DNA of 64,000 bases, from assembly GCA_944393685.1 (NCBI GenBank), contig CALYAW010000003.1:46133-110132 (forward strand). Reading direction: 5' to 3'. Positions within the stretch are counted from its first letter, which is position 1. Each line of letters starts with the position of its first letter. This DNA is from an uncultured Alphaproteobacteria bacterium. GTDB taxonomy: Bacteria > Pseudomonadota > Alphaproteobacteria > RF32 > CAG-239. Below, piece by piece: positions 29,841 through 39,763 of the stretch. The notes beneath the pieces were generated by a model. That model worked only from the letters and a program-made list of their open reading frames with translations. It did not search any database and was not told the origin of the DNA. The translations under genes and the position numbers were made by a program.

Positions 29841-30269
29841 TTATATTCTTTCCGGAGCTAAACCTAAAGCGGTACATATTCTTTTTTTGAGTGCCAGAGG
29901 AGAGATTGGTTTGACCAAATATTCTTGTATCCCTAAATCTTTAGCATCAAGGACAGTCCTTTCTTTGGTGTCAACCGTTATCATTATAATCGGTGTCATT
30001 CCACCGTTTTCGTTGTGTCCGCCGTTGCGTAGCTCTTTTGCTAAGTCAAGACCATTTTGTTTAGGCATTTGTTGATCTAATAAAATAACGTCTATCTTAA
30101 AACTACGGAGTAATTCCAGCGCTTCTTCGGTTGTGCTTGCTTCTTTTGTATTTTTTATGCCTATTTGATACAAAGCGGTTTTGATAAATGTTCGTGAAAA
30201 TTTATCATCATCCACAATTAAGCAAACTATCGAATCCCAAACAATCTGTTTATGTGTGTTTTCTGTCAT
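29841..30269 (-). CDS. Single-domain response regulator (CheY-like receiver)
   Basis: A 142-aa protein with LIVDDD, DVILLDQQMP and a conserved Lys. No output domain. Confidence 0.75.
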   Translation of the reverse strand: MTENTHKQIVWDSIVCLIVDDDKFSRTFIKTALYQIGIKNTKEASTTEEALELLRSFKIDVILLDQQMPKQNGLDLAKELRNGGHNENGGMTPIIMITVDTKERTVLDAKDLGIQEYLVKPISPLALKKRICTALGLAPERI

Positions 30270-30317
30270 GCCAAACCTCGCTTTAAAGGCTATTTGCTTC
30301 CATACTACATTATTCGT

Positions 30318-31154
30318 TTATAAAGTAAAACAAAAATCGTGGTTATTGTTTATATTTAAGAGAGATGCCGGTCGAAATTTTATCCCATTTAGGGATGCTC
30401 CCCAGTGTAAGTGCGGACCCGTGGCTCTTCCTGTCTGACCGACAAGGCCGATAATAGTTCCTTGCTTTATTTCATCACCACGATTAACGTGGATTTCTTT
30501 AAGATGAGCATATATGGTGTGTAAACCATATCCGTGGTCAATTACGACTACGTTGCCAGAATAAAATAAGTCAGGTGCCGCTAAAACGACTATGCCATCT
30601 GATGATGCTTTTATTGGAGTTCCTTCTTTGGCCGCAATATCCGTTCCGGCATGCGGGTTCCTTTTGATATCATTCATTATTCGTTGTCCGCCGAACTTTC
30701 CGCTGATACGCCCTTCCACAGGTTGGATAAAACCTTTTTTCCAATACGGAGTTGGTTCTTTGGTCGCTAAAGCGGCTCGTAATAATTTTTGTTCCAACTC
30801 AATGTCTCGCATGTCAGAATCTGAGGGAGTGACTTTGCGCGGAGGAACTCCTTTTATGTTTTGGATATCCCAGTTTCCGTATGCAATATCTAATTTGTGT
30901 GATGCCGATGAAGTATTATTTTGTATAAATGTAATTTCGGAATTAAGATTTTCATCCCGTCCAAGCGCCAAAAGAAAGATGCCGTCTTTGTCACTTAGAA
31001 TTTTATTATCGGTATTGAAAATTATTTGTGTTTCGGGAGTAGTTTTGCCGACAAGGATTTCTCCTTGGCGAGCCTCTCCGCAAAGTTGAGATGCTTGAGC
31101 TGAGGTACCAAATAAAATTATGCTAAAAATTAAAGAGATCTTTTTGAAGGGCAT
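30318..31154 (-). CDS. M23 family metallopeptidase (secreted)
   Basis: A signal peptide plus HAGTDIAA ... GxHLH-type motifs (GLHTIYAHL, GPHLHW). Confidence 0.8.
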   Translation of the reverse strand: MPFKKISLIFSIILFGTSAQASQLCGEARQGEILVGKTTPETQIIFNTDNKILSDKDGIFLLALGRDENLNSEITFIQNNTSSASHKLDIAYGNWDIQNIKGVPPRKVTPSDSDMRDIELEQKLLRAALATKEPTPYWKKGFIQPVEGRISGKFGGQRIMNDIKRNPHAGTDIAAKEGTPIKASSDGIVVLAAPDLFYSGNVVVIDHGYGLHTIYAHLKEIHVNRGDEIKQGTIIGLVGQTGRATGPHLHWGASLNGIKFRPASLLNINNNHDFCFTL

Positions 31155-32475
31155 TTCTTTTTTCCGATTTGAGGTTGTGTTTTTTTGAAACGGAGGATGT
31201 TTTTGAATTGGAACTAACAGGAAGGCTGCCGTCGTAAAAATGTATTTTCAGATGCTCTGTCTTTTGTGCTTGCGACAGATTGTAGATCGTTTGATCATTA
31301 CTGTCTTTTATCCACGCAAATCCTCGTTTCAAAACTGCTTCTACCGAAACAGATTCTAATCTTAATAAAAGATTATTTAAATTTTCTTGATTTTTTTCAA
31401 AAATATTTTTGACATAATAGGGTTTTAGTCCTGAAAGTTTTAGGTGGTTATGTTTGTCATTCAGGAGATTTTTAAAAGCTATTTTTAAGCGTTCTATTCT
31501 ATCATCAAGTTTCTGTGTGGCATCAGATAAAATTTGTTCTAGATTGGGAATCCCGCGCGCGAGCCCCTGCAATATATTTTTCTTTTCCATGATGTAGCGT
31601 GCGCATGAGTTGAGCAGACGAGCATGTAGAGCTTGTGTTTGAGCCATGAGTTCTGTTCGGACAGGGACCGCAAACTCCGCGGCTCCCGTAGGGGTAGGGG
31701 CTCGTTTGTCGGCGACATAGTCAATCAGCATGGTATCCGTTTCATGTCCGACAGCAGAGATAATAGGAATATCAGAGGCGTAAACAGCGCGGATAACGAC
31801 TTCTTCATTAAAACACCATAAATCTTCCAAACTTCCGCCTCCGCGAGCGACAATTAATACGTCCGGTTTGACGGCAAGTTGGTTAAAACCCTTAATGGCT
31901 TCGGCTATTTTTATTTCCGCTCCGGCTCCTTGTACCGGTGTCGGCCAGATTAAAATGTGGCTCGGAAAACGGTCTCTTACACGGTGAATAATATCTCGGA
32001 TTACCGCTCCGCTGGCTGATGTGACAACACCTATTGTACGCGGTAAAAAAGGAATGGCTTTTTTGTGCGCCGCATCAAACAACCCCTCTGCTGCAAATTG
32101 TTTTTTGCGTTCTTCCAAAAGTTTTAGTAAGGCTCCCGTACCGGCTATTTCCATGGCTTCTATTATTATCTGATAGGAGGATTTTCCCGGAAATGTTGTT
32201 ATCTTCCCCGTGACTATAACTTCAAGACCATCTTCCGGTTTGAGAGGGAGGGAAGAGGCTGTTCCTCGCCAAATGACAGCGGAAAGAACGGCATTTTCAT
32301 CTTTAAGAGATAAATACCAATGTCCGGAATCCGCCCGCTTGGCTCCAAAAATTTCTCCTTTGATGCGTACTTTATTGAAAGTCGTTTCTACACAACGTTT
32401 TATTTCCGCCGATATTTCACTTACTGAAAATTCGGGTATTTGATTTTGCTGTATGAGCTCCAACATGTCTTGCAT
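31123..32475 (-). CDS. xseA: Exodeoxyribonuclease VII large subunit
   Basis: An N-terminal OB fold (VRIKGEI...LKDENAVL), a central catalytic region, and a C-terminal coiled coil. Confidence 0.9.
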   Translation of the reverse strand: MQDMLELIQQNQIPEFSVSEISAEIKRCVETTFNKVRIKGEIFGAKRADSGHWYLSLKDENAVLSAVIWRGTASSLPLKPEDGLEVIVTGKITTFPGKSSYQIIIEAMEIAGTGALLKLLEERKKQFAAEGLFDAAHKKAIPFLPRTIGVVTSASGAVIRDIIHRVRDRFPSHILIWPTPVQGAGAEIKIAEAIKGFNQLAVKPDVLIVARGGGSLEDLWCFNEEVVIRAVYASDIPIISAVGHETDTMLIDYVADKRAPTPTGAAEFAVPVRTELMAQTQALHARLLNSCARYIMEKKNILQGLARGIPNLEQILSDATQKLDDRIERLKIAFKNLLNDKHNHLKLSGLKPYYVKNIFEKNQENLNNLLLRLESVSVEAVLKRGFAWIKDSNDQTIYNLSQAQKTEHLKIHFYDGSLPVSSNSKTSSVSKKHNLKSEKRNALQKDLFNF

Positions 32476-33383
32476 CAGCTTATGTCCAGCAAACTGCGGC
32501 TATATTCCGCAGCGTTAAAAACATTGAGGTCTTCTATGCTTTCTCCGACCCCAACATAGAGTATCGGAAGTTTGGTTTCTTCCGCAACAGCAACTAAAAT
32601 GCCTCCTTTGGAACTGCCATCTAGTTTGTTGATAATCAGGCCGTTAATGTTGAGTGCCGTATTGAACGTTTTTACTTGGTCTAACGCATTTTGTCCCGAG
32701 GTAGCATCCAAGCAAAGCCAAATATGCTGCGGTGCTTCGGGAATGACTTTTTTGATGACGCGTACTATCTTTTTTAATTCGTCCATCAGATCGGTTTTGT
32801 TTTGTAAACGTCCGGCCGTATCAATAAGTACAATGTCATCTCGATGCTTGAGAGCTTCAGTTAAGCCTTCAAAACATAAACTTGCGGCATCGCATCTTGG
32901 GGCGCCGGAATACACGCGTATCTTGCTACGTTCACCCCATATTTTAAGTTGTTCTACAGCCGCAGCGCGGAAAGTATCGCCGGCTATACAGGATATTTGC
33001 CGATCTTTGTATTTTGCCGCCAGTTTTCCAATGGTTGTGGTCTTGCCGGCGCCGTTTACTCCAATCAGCAAAATTACTTCGGGATGGTTGGTATCCAGAT
33101 GTATTTCTTTTTGGCAGGGGGACAGGATTTTTTCAATCTCTTCTGCCAGGAATCGGCGGATAAGTTTTTCATCTATGTTTTTTTCAAATCTACGGGTAGA
33201 AAACTCTTTAATAATTTTTGCGCTTGCGTTTACTCCCATATCTGTGGAAATTAAAACATCTTCCAATTCTTCCAGATTTTCTAAAGAAAGTTTTTGAGAA
33301 AAAAGTATTTCACTTAATCCGGAACTGATTTTGGCTGAGGATTTTTTTAATCCCAAACCCAATCGTTGAAACCAGTTATTCAT
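32475..33383 (-). CDS. ftsY: Signal recognition particle receptor FtsY (short NG-domain form)
   Basis: GVNGAGKTTTIGKLA, a DTAGR motif and an SRP GTPase domain. Length is 302 aa. Confidence 0.9.
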   Translation of the reverse strand: MNNWFQRLGLGLKKSSAKISSGLSEILFSQKLSLENLEELEDVLISTDMGVNASAKIIKEFSTRRFEKNIDEKLIRRFLAEEIEKILSPCQKEIHLDTNHPEVILLIGVNGAGKTTTIGKLAAKYKDRQISCIAGDTFRAAAVEQLKIWGERSKIRVYSGAPRCDAASLCFEGLTEALKHRDDIVLIDTAGRLQNKTDLMDELKKIVRVIKKVIPEAPQHIWLCLDATSGQNALDQVKTFNTALNINGLIINKLDGSSKGGILVAVAEETKLPILYVGVGESIEDLNVFNAAEYSRSLLDIS

Positions 33384-34419
33384 CTATACACTCTCCTTGT
33401 TCTCTTAAAATGCGGGCTCGTTCGCGGCGTATCTTTACCGGTACTTGTGGCATTAAGGCGGCCGGAGTTCCAGGACGTTCGGAGTATGGAAAAACATGCA
33501 ATTTACTTATGCCTGCTTGATGTACTAATTTAACTGTGTTTTGGAATTGTTCGTCTGTTTCGGTCGGAAAACCACAAATGAAATCTGAACCAAAAGTTGC
33601 TTCGCTTCTAGCCTCTCTTATGCGTTGACATAAGTTGATTACATCTTCACGGGTATGACGACGTTTCATGCGTTTGAGAATCATATTATCGCCCGATTGT
33701 GTCGAAAAATGAAAGTGCGGATGAATGTTATGATATTTTTGTACCAATCCAATAAATTCTTCATCTATTGCAGCTGGGTCAAGCGAACCAAATTGTAAAG
33801 ACGGTAATTCCGGAACTTGCTCTAAAATGTGTCGTACCAGTTGGCTGAAAGAGGGTTTGTAAGAGCATGCATCTACGCCTGTCAGGCATATTTCTTTGAA
33901 ACCTTCTTTCAAAAGTTTTTGAATCTGACAAATGATTTCTTCTTCCGGAACGGAACGATTGGAGCCTCTTGCAAAAGGAACAATGCAGTATGTACATCGA
34001 TGATTACAACCTTGTTGAATTTGCACAAAGGCTCGGTGTCTGCCTTCAAAACCCGTGATTAAATATTTATCGTAGTCGTCATAATCAAAGATATTGCCAA
34101 CGATTGTTTTTTCCGTTAGGGGGAGGGTTAGGTATTTTTCTATTTCTGTTTTTTCTTTGTTGCCAAGGACAAGGTCAACTTCGTCCATTTGTGCAAATTT
34201 TTGAGGAGAAACTTGTGCCGCACAACCGGTTACGACAATTTTGGCTGAAGGATGTTCTCTGCGTAATTTGCGAATTGTTTGGCGACATTGTCGTTCGGCT
34301 TCTCCCGTAACGGCACATGTGTTGATGATAATTAAATCATCAATACCTGCTAATTTTTCTTTGAGCACTTCAGATTCATAACTGTTGATACGGCAACCTA
34401 AGGTAATAACTTTGACCAT
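33376..34419 (-). CDS. mtaB: Radical-SAM methylthiotransferase, MtaB-like (347 aa; no obvious TRAM domain)
   Basis: An N-terminal MTTase domain (VITLGCRINSYESE) and a radical SAM CxxxCxxC motif (CNHRCTYC). The ORF ends 8 nt inside ftsY. Confidence 0.7.
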   Translation of the reverse strand: MVKVITLGCRINSYESEVLKEKLAGIDDLIIINTCAVTGEAERQCRQTIRKLRREHPSAKIVVTGCAAQVSPQKFAQMDEVDLVLGNKEKTEIEKYLTLPLTEKTIVGNIFDYDDYDKYLITGFEGRHRAFVQIQQGCNHRCTYCIVPFARGSNRSVPEEEIICQIQKLLKEGFKEICLTGVDACSYKPSFSQLVRHILEQVPELPSLQFGSLDPAAIDEEFIGLVQKYHNIHPHFHFSTQSGDNMILKRMKRRHTREDVINLCQRIREARSEATFGSDFICGFPTETDEQFQNTVKLVHQAGISKLHVFPYSERPGTPAALMPQVPVKIRRERARILREQGECIDE

Positions 34420-34428
34420 GGCAATCCT

Positions 34429-34575
34429 TTACCAAGGATAGCCTTGAATACAGCGTTGCGGTGTTCTTTCGCAGTCGACAGGGCTCTCATATTGAGCATG
34501 GCGCTCCGGCGTGAACTCTCCGACAGTGCAGGCGGATAGTAAGAAAAGAACAAAAAAGGCGATTGTAAATTTCAT
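34429..34575 (-). CDS. Small lipoprotein (48 aa)
   Basis: MKFTIAFFVLFLLSAC lipobox. It lies immediately downstream of the membrane-protein gene. Confidence 0.35.
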   Translation of the reverse strand: MKFTIAFFVLFLLSACTVGEFTPERHAQYESPVDCERTPQRCIQGYPW

Positions 34576-34577
34576 GT

Positions 34578-34973
34578 TCAGAATCCAAAAAAACGCGCTG
34601 CGGTCATTATAACCGAGCTCCAGAGAATAAAAAGAAGAAATAAAATACCGGCTTTTGCCAAAAAACTCAGCCAAATACTCTTATCATAATTGGATGCGCT
34701 TCTCCATACTCCCAAAGTGATATTCCATGAGTAGGCGGCAAATATCAAGAGGCTTGAAACATACCACAACGTCCAGAATATACTCAGCTTTGATGAATAT
34801 ATAGGGTGAAAATGATACATAAAAAAGTTATAGATACTTCCGCTTGGAATGTGTGCAGAAAGAAGTTTTTCAAACAATTTTACTGCTAATTTGATAGTAA
34901 TCAATCCGAGTACGCCAAACTTCCAAAAAGTGGCAGCAAGCGAAAACTCTCCTTTAAAAAGTTTCGATAACAT
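34578..34973 (-). CDS. Hypothetical integral membrane protein
   Basis: A 131-aa protein with four predicted transmembrane helices. Confidence 0.4.
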   Translation of the reverse strand: MLSKLFKGEFSLAATFWKFGVLGLITIKLAVKLFEKLLSAHIPSGSIYNFFMYHFHPIYSSKLSIFWTLWYVSSLLIFAAYSWNITLGVWRSASNYDKSIWLSFLAKAGILFLLFILWSSVIMTAARFFGF

Positions 34974-35068
34974 AGTTTCCTCTTATCTGAATATTGGACT
35001 GTATCGTTTCTTGTTTTTTAGAAGTGTGGCTCTTTTTTGTAAATTTAGCAAGAAAAAAAGCACTCTTC

Positions 35069-36451
35069 CTAACAATTGGATACATTTACGGCTAATCCGC
35101 CAAGAGAGGTTTCTTTGTATTTATTATTCATGTCATAGCCGGTGCGATACATGGTCTTTATAACACTGTCAAGACTAACAAAATGCTCGCCGTCTCCGCG
35201 CATGGCAAGTCTGGCAGCATTGACCGCTTTGACCGCTCCCATGGCATTGCGTTCAATGCATGGCACTTGCACTAATCCATTTACCGGATCACAGGTCAAA
35301 CCAAGGTTGTGCTCCATGGCAATTTCTGCGGCGTCTTCTATTTGATTGGGGGTTCCTCCCATGGCTGCAGCAAGACCGGCAGCGGCCATGGAACAGGCAA
35401 CACCTATTTCTCCCTGACATCCAACTTCTGCTCCGGATATGGAGGCGTTGGTGCGGTATAGACTGCAAATTGCCGATGCCGTAGTTAAAAACTTGATAAT
35501 TCCTTCTTCTACGGCGTAGGGGGATTTGGCAGATGCAAAACGTTCATAATAGCGGATTACTGCAGGCATCACACCGGCTGATCCCATGGTGGGAGCGGTG
35601 ACAATTTGCCCGCCGGCCGCATTTTCTTCTGCAACGGCAAAACCCCAAAGATTTATCCAGTCTATTATCATAAGCGGATCCATATCGTTACTTAAAAATT
35701 TTTCTTCCAGCCTCGTGAAAATTTCAGACGCGCGGCGTTTAATGCCAAGCCCTCCTGGCAAGATACCTCGGGCATGCATTCCTCGTTCAAGGGAGGCTTG
35801 CATAACTCTATGAATCTTTAGTATTCCGTCTCGGACCTCTTTCTCACTTTTGAGTGAAACTTCATTTTGCATGATGATATTGGATATGTCTAATTGATAT
35901 TTTTGGCATTCTTCCAGTAGCTCTTTGCATGTGTCAAATTGATGAGGTACGTTGTAGGGTTCTCTTTCAATACGTTTGGATATTTCATCTCGGCGTGCTA
36001 TTGTTCCGCCGCCGACCGAAAAATAAACTTCCTCCAGCAATAAATTTCCTTTGGAATCATAAGCCGAAAATTTCATTCCATTGGAATGTTCTGGCAGAAA
36101 TGTTTCTTTAGCAAAAACAATGTCTTTGGATAAAATAAACGGAATGGCTCTTTCTTGCCCAAGATGCAATATATTGTCTCTTTCGACTGCAACCACATAA
36201 GGCTTCTCGGGATCAATAGCTTCCGCTTCCAAACCCATAAGACCATATACAATTGCTTTGACCGTTCCATGGCCGAAGCCCGTCAATGCAAGTGAACCAT
36301 ATAGAGTGACTTCTACATGTTCAACAGAGGAAAACTTTTGCTCCGATTTTAGATTGTCCAAATATCTTTTGGCTGCTCGCATCGGTCCAACCGTATGCGA
36401 ACTCGAAGGGCCTACGCCGATAGAGAAAATTTCAAAAAAACTGTAATACAT
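35069..36451 (-). CDS. sdaA: L-serine dehydratase, iron-sulfur-dependent, single chain
   Basis: An N-terminal beta-type domain (FSIGVGPSSSHTVGPMRAA) and a C-terminal alpha domain. Length is 460 aa. Confidence 0.9.
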   Translation of the reverse strand: MYYSFFEIFSIGVGPSSSHTVGPMRAAKRYLDNLKSEQKFSSVEHVEVTLYGSLALTGFGHGTVKAIVYGLMGLEAEAIDPEKPYVVAVERDNILHLGQERAIPFILSKDIVFAKETFLPEHSNGMKFSAYDSKGNLLLEEVYFSVGGGTIARRDEISKRIEREPYNVPHQFDTCKELLEECQKYQLDISNIIMQNEVSLKSEKEVRDGILKIHRVMQASLERGMHARGILPGGLGIKRRASEIFTRLEEKFLSNDMDPLMIIDWINLWGFAVAEENAAGGQIVTAPTMGSAGVMPAVIRYYERFASAKSPYAVEEGIIKFLTTASAICSLYRTNASISGAEVGCQGEIGVACSMAAAGLAAAMGGTPNQIEDAAEIAMEHNLGLTCDPVNGLVQVPCIERNAMGAVKAVNAARLAMRGDGEHFVSLDSVIKTMYRTGYDMNNKYKETSLGGLAVNVSNC

Positions 36452-36452
36452 T

Positions 36453-38159
36453 TTATAAATATGTCCTGATTTCTTTATATGGTTTAATACCTAAGTCTTG
36501 TAAAGTTTTTGCAATATATGCGCTCAGATCGTTCCAAGCAGTCCAACGATCAATAAATTCTTTGGCTCGCTGTGGTGATTTGGAAAGCTGAATTTCTATT
36601 GTTTCTTGAAGGAGTTTATGCATAACTTCATCCATTTTGGCAAAATTTATTTCTAACTTTTGCTCAGAATTAAAGTTGATAGCTTTGTGTTCCAATAAAA
36701 AGTTAAAATGAATTAAATCTCCCATGCGATGTGGCTGAATCAGCTGAGGTTTACTTTTTAAAAGCATACGTACTATCCAGGTCGTGTATATTTCTTTTAA
36801 GGTTTGGTCACTAATTACTCCGGATTTTACGTATTCAGGCATGAAAGTAATGGAAATTACATCCGCTTTGTTTTCCTCAATAATGTGGTTATATATTCCC
36901 AACGCATTTTGGTAACTACTGTTGGGACCGAGTGAATGTCCGTTTTCGTGACCAATAACAAAAATATGCTCCGCTTCAGGGTTATAATAAGGATGAAGCG
37001 TTTCTGAGACCAGTGCGTGTAACATCTTGTGTGTGCGTTCAGTATCTATGTTTTGTCGAACCTGACGATGATACACATTACGGCGACCGCCGCCTAACTT
37101 TATGGAAAGTTTATCGTTGTTGGGCAAATTTTGTGCGGTGGTGATGCCCCCGCGGCATTGAGCATAATCTCCTTGTAACGTAGCCAAGTCAACGTCTACC
37201 ATGGTTTGTTTTAATTCATTGTCTGCTATATCTTGTTTGTATTTGTCTGCATAGGGCATCAGTTTCGCCAAATTTTTCATTTGTTCTTTAAATGTGAGCA
37301 GTAATTTGGTTCCTTGCGCATTAACAATACCAACTCGAACCCCCAGCGTGTCTTTGGGTGTGACTTCTATACCGGCTTCAGACAGCATTTTAACAAGGTG
37401 CGGATTATCATAGACAGTTGGGGTCATTTCGTCATCATAGTTTTCCCTACTTAATGTGAATTCAAGAGGTGTATCTTGTAAAACAGCCCAGTGTTTATCT
37501 GCCAGTTGATCCATGTCTTCATTATTTTGGAGAAGCGCTTGCACTTGCCAACCCAAATAATCATTGAACGCAGCGTTGGTTGAATAGTGTGCGGCTAATT
37601 CTAACTCGTTTGCTACTTTGCTAAAAATAGGAGCAAAATATTCCGTATAGTCGATTGCTTTTAGTTCTTTGCCGAAACGGCGAACCATGGTGCGTGCAGA
37701 AAGAATTTTGCTAACTTCTTCTGTTTTGCCTTGTTCAAGCATTTGTTCCAAAATCTTGTGGAATTCTTCAACGTCTAAATCTGTGGGATAAAAGTTGCGA
37801 CCTTTGAAAATATGTACACCTTTAAAAATTTCAATCGGTTCGGAATCTATGCCGTTTAAACCGGCAACTCCGTTAAATGAATTAAATAAGCGTAAGGCTT
37901 TGGCTGCATGAGTGTTTGATACTGCTGCTTCTAATTCGGCTTTTAATGTTAGGTTTAGGGGATGATCTTGTTCAAGAGCAACTTCATTCATCATTTTGGC
38001 GGCGCGAACCAGATAATAAAGTGCTTTTTTGTCTCCTTCAGACAGTGCACGATATCCTTCAAAATTTTGATCTATCATGTTGAAGGTTTGTATTTTATCC
38101 GCAAAAATAGCATCAAGTTCATTTTCTGGTATTGCTATTTCATACCCTTTAATCTTCAT
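36453..38159 (-). CDS. Cytoplasmic gluzincin-type zinc metallopeptidase (HExxH...E), DPP III/M49-like
   Basis: HENGH with a Glu 20 residues downstream in IIEENKAD (thermolysin-like spacing). No signal peptide. Length is 568 aa. Confidence 0.4.
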   Translation of the reverse strand: MKIKGYEIAIPENELDAIFADKIQTFNMIDQNFEGYRALSEGDKKALYYLVRAAKMMNEVALEQDHPLNLTLKAELEAAVSNTHAAKALRLFNSFNGVAGLNGIDSEPIEIFKGVHIFKGRNFYPTDLDVEEFHKILEQMLEQGKTEEVSKILSARTMVRRFGKELKAIDYTEYFAPIFSKVANELELAAHYSTNAAFNDYLGWQVQALLQNNEDMDQLADKHWAVLQDTPLEFTLSRENYDDEMTPTVYDNPHLVKMLSEAGIEVTPKDTLGVRVGIVNAQGTKLLLTFKEQMKNLAKLMPYADKYKQDIADNELKQTMVDVDLATLQGDYAQCRGGITTAQNLPNNDKLSIKLGGGRRNVYHRQVRQNIDTERTHKMLHALVSETLHPYYNPEAEHIFVIGHENGHSLGPNSSYQNALGIYNHIIEENKADVISITFMPEYVKSGVISDQTLKEIYTTWIVRMLLKSKPQLIQPHRMGDLIHFNFLLEHKAINFNSEQKLEINFAKMDEVMHKLLQETIEIQLSKSPQRAKEFIDRWTAWNDLSAYIAKTLQDLGIKPYKEIRTYL

Positions 38160-39708
38160 TATTTATCTCCACAGTTCTGAATCTGTATATTTTCATTTTA
38201 TCTGACCAATAAGTCGGGCTTAGGCCGGCTTTGATTTTAAGATTTGTTAGAAATTCTTTTTTATTGGGAAGCTGTTTCCAGACAGAGGGAAGAAAAAGTC
38301 CTTGTCTGTCGCCGTCTCTTATAACCAGACCATCAATTTCCGGTTTGATTTGTGACAGTAATTCCTCTTCGTTTTGGCATCTGATGCGTTCATATCCCGT
38401 TAACAGAGAAATATTGAAATCCGTATCTTTTAGCTCTTCTGCGCTTAAAGGAGAAAAACGGCTGTCTTTTAATGCGGCTTGGAAAGCATTGTCGGCTATA
38501 TCCAAAGCAATGGCTCGGCTTGGCAGTAGAGAGCCAATGCAGCCGCGTAATTCTCCTTTACGGGTTAAAGTAACAAAAGAAGCTCCTTTGTTAAATAAAA
38601 CATCTGGATAATTATCTCGGTTTGGAGTGAATTGTTTGTTAACAACGGCATGTTCCAATGCTTGTTTAACAATATTTTGTAAATCAGTTTTATTGTGTTT
38701 GGCAAAAAAACGTAGGTTTTCGGTCTCTTGTTCTAGTGCCGAGAGTTTAGGCGTTTCGGATGGTTGGCGATTAAACATCCAAGCTGCGTAACCCACCACA
38801 CTGTTCATGTCACCGGTGATATTTCCGGAGTTGGTGATATCAAGAAGATGAGGTTTGAATCCGAGAGCTTTTGCCAAAAGCAAAGCTGCGTTTATACCAG
38901 TTGCACCACAGGAGCGATGTTCGTCAATGGCTTGGTTTTGTTCCACCATGCTTGCCGTTTCTTTATCAATTTCGGAAGCAGTATCATAATCAAGATAGTG
39001 CGATAAATCTGCTGATATGATAAGTAAAGAATCATTTTGTTCCAGATAGGGCTTTAAGGCTGTTGCTATCTTTTGCGGTGTAGTATTCCCATATAAAATG
39101 GGGATAATGCTGAATTTTTCAAGCGTCTTTTGTAAAAAAGGAAGCTGGACTTCAAGCGCATGCTCGTTTTTATGCGCTTTGTCATTTATTGCAAAATTTG
39201 GTTTTGATGCCAATTCTGCTGTAATTTTTTTGTTTACTTTGACCTCGCCTAACGGAGTTTTGAAATTTGCAGCAGAAGAAAGTGCTAGATTATTGAGAGG
39301 AACTCTATGCGAAGGACCTAGTAAAAAGACTTTTTTTATTTGCTTTTTAAAAGGTAAAATCTTTTGATAGGCGTGTGCCGCAACTTGGGCAGAATATAGA
39401 TAACCTGCATGAGGCACTATCAGAATATGAGGTCGTTTGTTTAAACTTGGAGGAACCATTGCAAGATAATTTTCAATATCTTGGTGAAGTTGGTATACGT
39501 CCGCGGGATAGAATAAACCTGCGACAGCTGCTTCCCTGCTAGGATTTATATCGTCATCTCTTAATGAATAGTCTACAATTACTTCATTGTTGGATGATGT
39601 ATATGCTTTGACAAAATAAATATTGAGGATAACGATGGCAATTATGATGACAGCAATAAATATATATTTTGGCAGATTAGCATAATCCATTTCAAATTTT
39701 TCAAACAT
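38149..39708 (-). CDS. Membrane-anchored fusion of MEMO1-family (AmmeMemoRadiSam system protein B) and AMMECR1 domains
   Basis: An N-terminal transmembrane helix. The MEMO1 region contains LFYPAD..HILIVPHAGYLYS. The C-terminal AMMECR1 region contains the LRGCIGSL motif. Confidence 0.7.
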   Translation of the reverse strand: MFEKFEMDYANLPKYIFIAVIIIAIVILNIYFVKAYTSSNNEVIVDYSLRDDDINPSREAAVAGLFYPADVYQLHQDIENYLAMVPPSLNKRPHILIVPHAGYLYSAQVAAHAYQKILPFKKQIKKVFLLGPSHRVPLNNLALSSAANFKTPLGEVKVNKKITAELASKPNFAINDKAHKNEHALEVQLPFLQKTLEKFSIIPILYGNTTPQKIATALKPYLEQNDSLLIISADLSHYLDYDTASEIDKETASMVEQNQAIDEHRSCGATGINAALLLAKALGFKPHLLDITNSGNITGDMNSVVGYAAWMFNRQPSETPKLSALEQETENLRFFAKHNKTDLQNIVKQALEHAVVNKQFTPNRDNYPDVLFNKGASFVTLTRKGELRGCIGSLLPSRAIALDIADNAFQAALKDSRFSPLSAEELKDTDFNISLLTGYERIRCQNEEELLSQIKPEIDGLVIRDGDRQGLFLPSVWKQLPNKKEFLTNLKIKAGLSPTYWSDKMKIYRFRTVEINNED

Positions 39709-39763
39709 AACAAGACCTCGAAAACAAAGATAGAATCGATAGTATCATTATTATATAAGGCTT

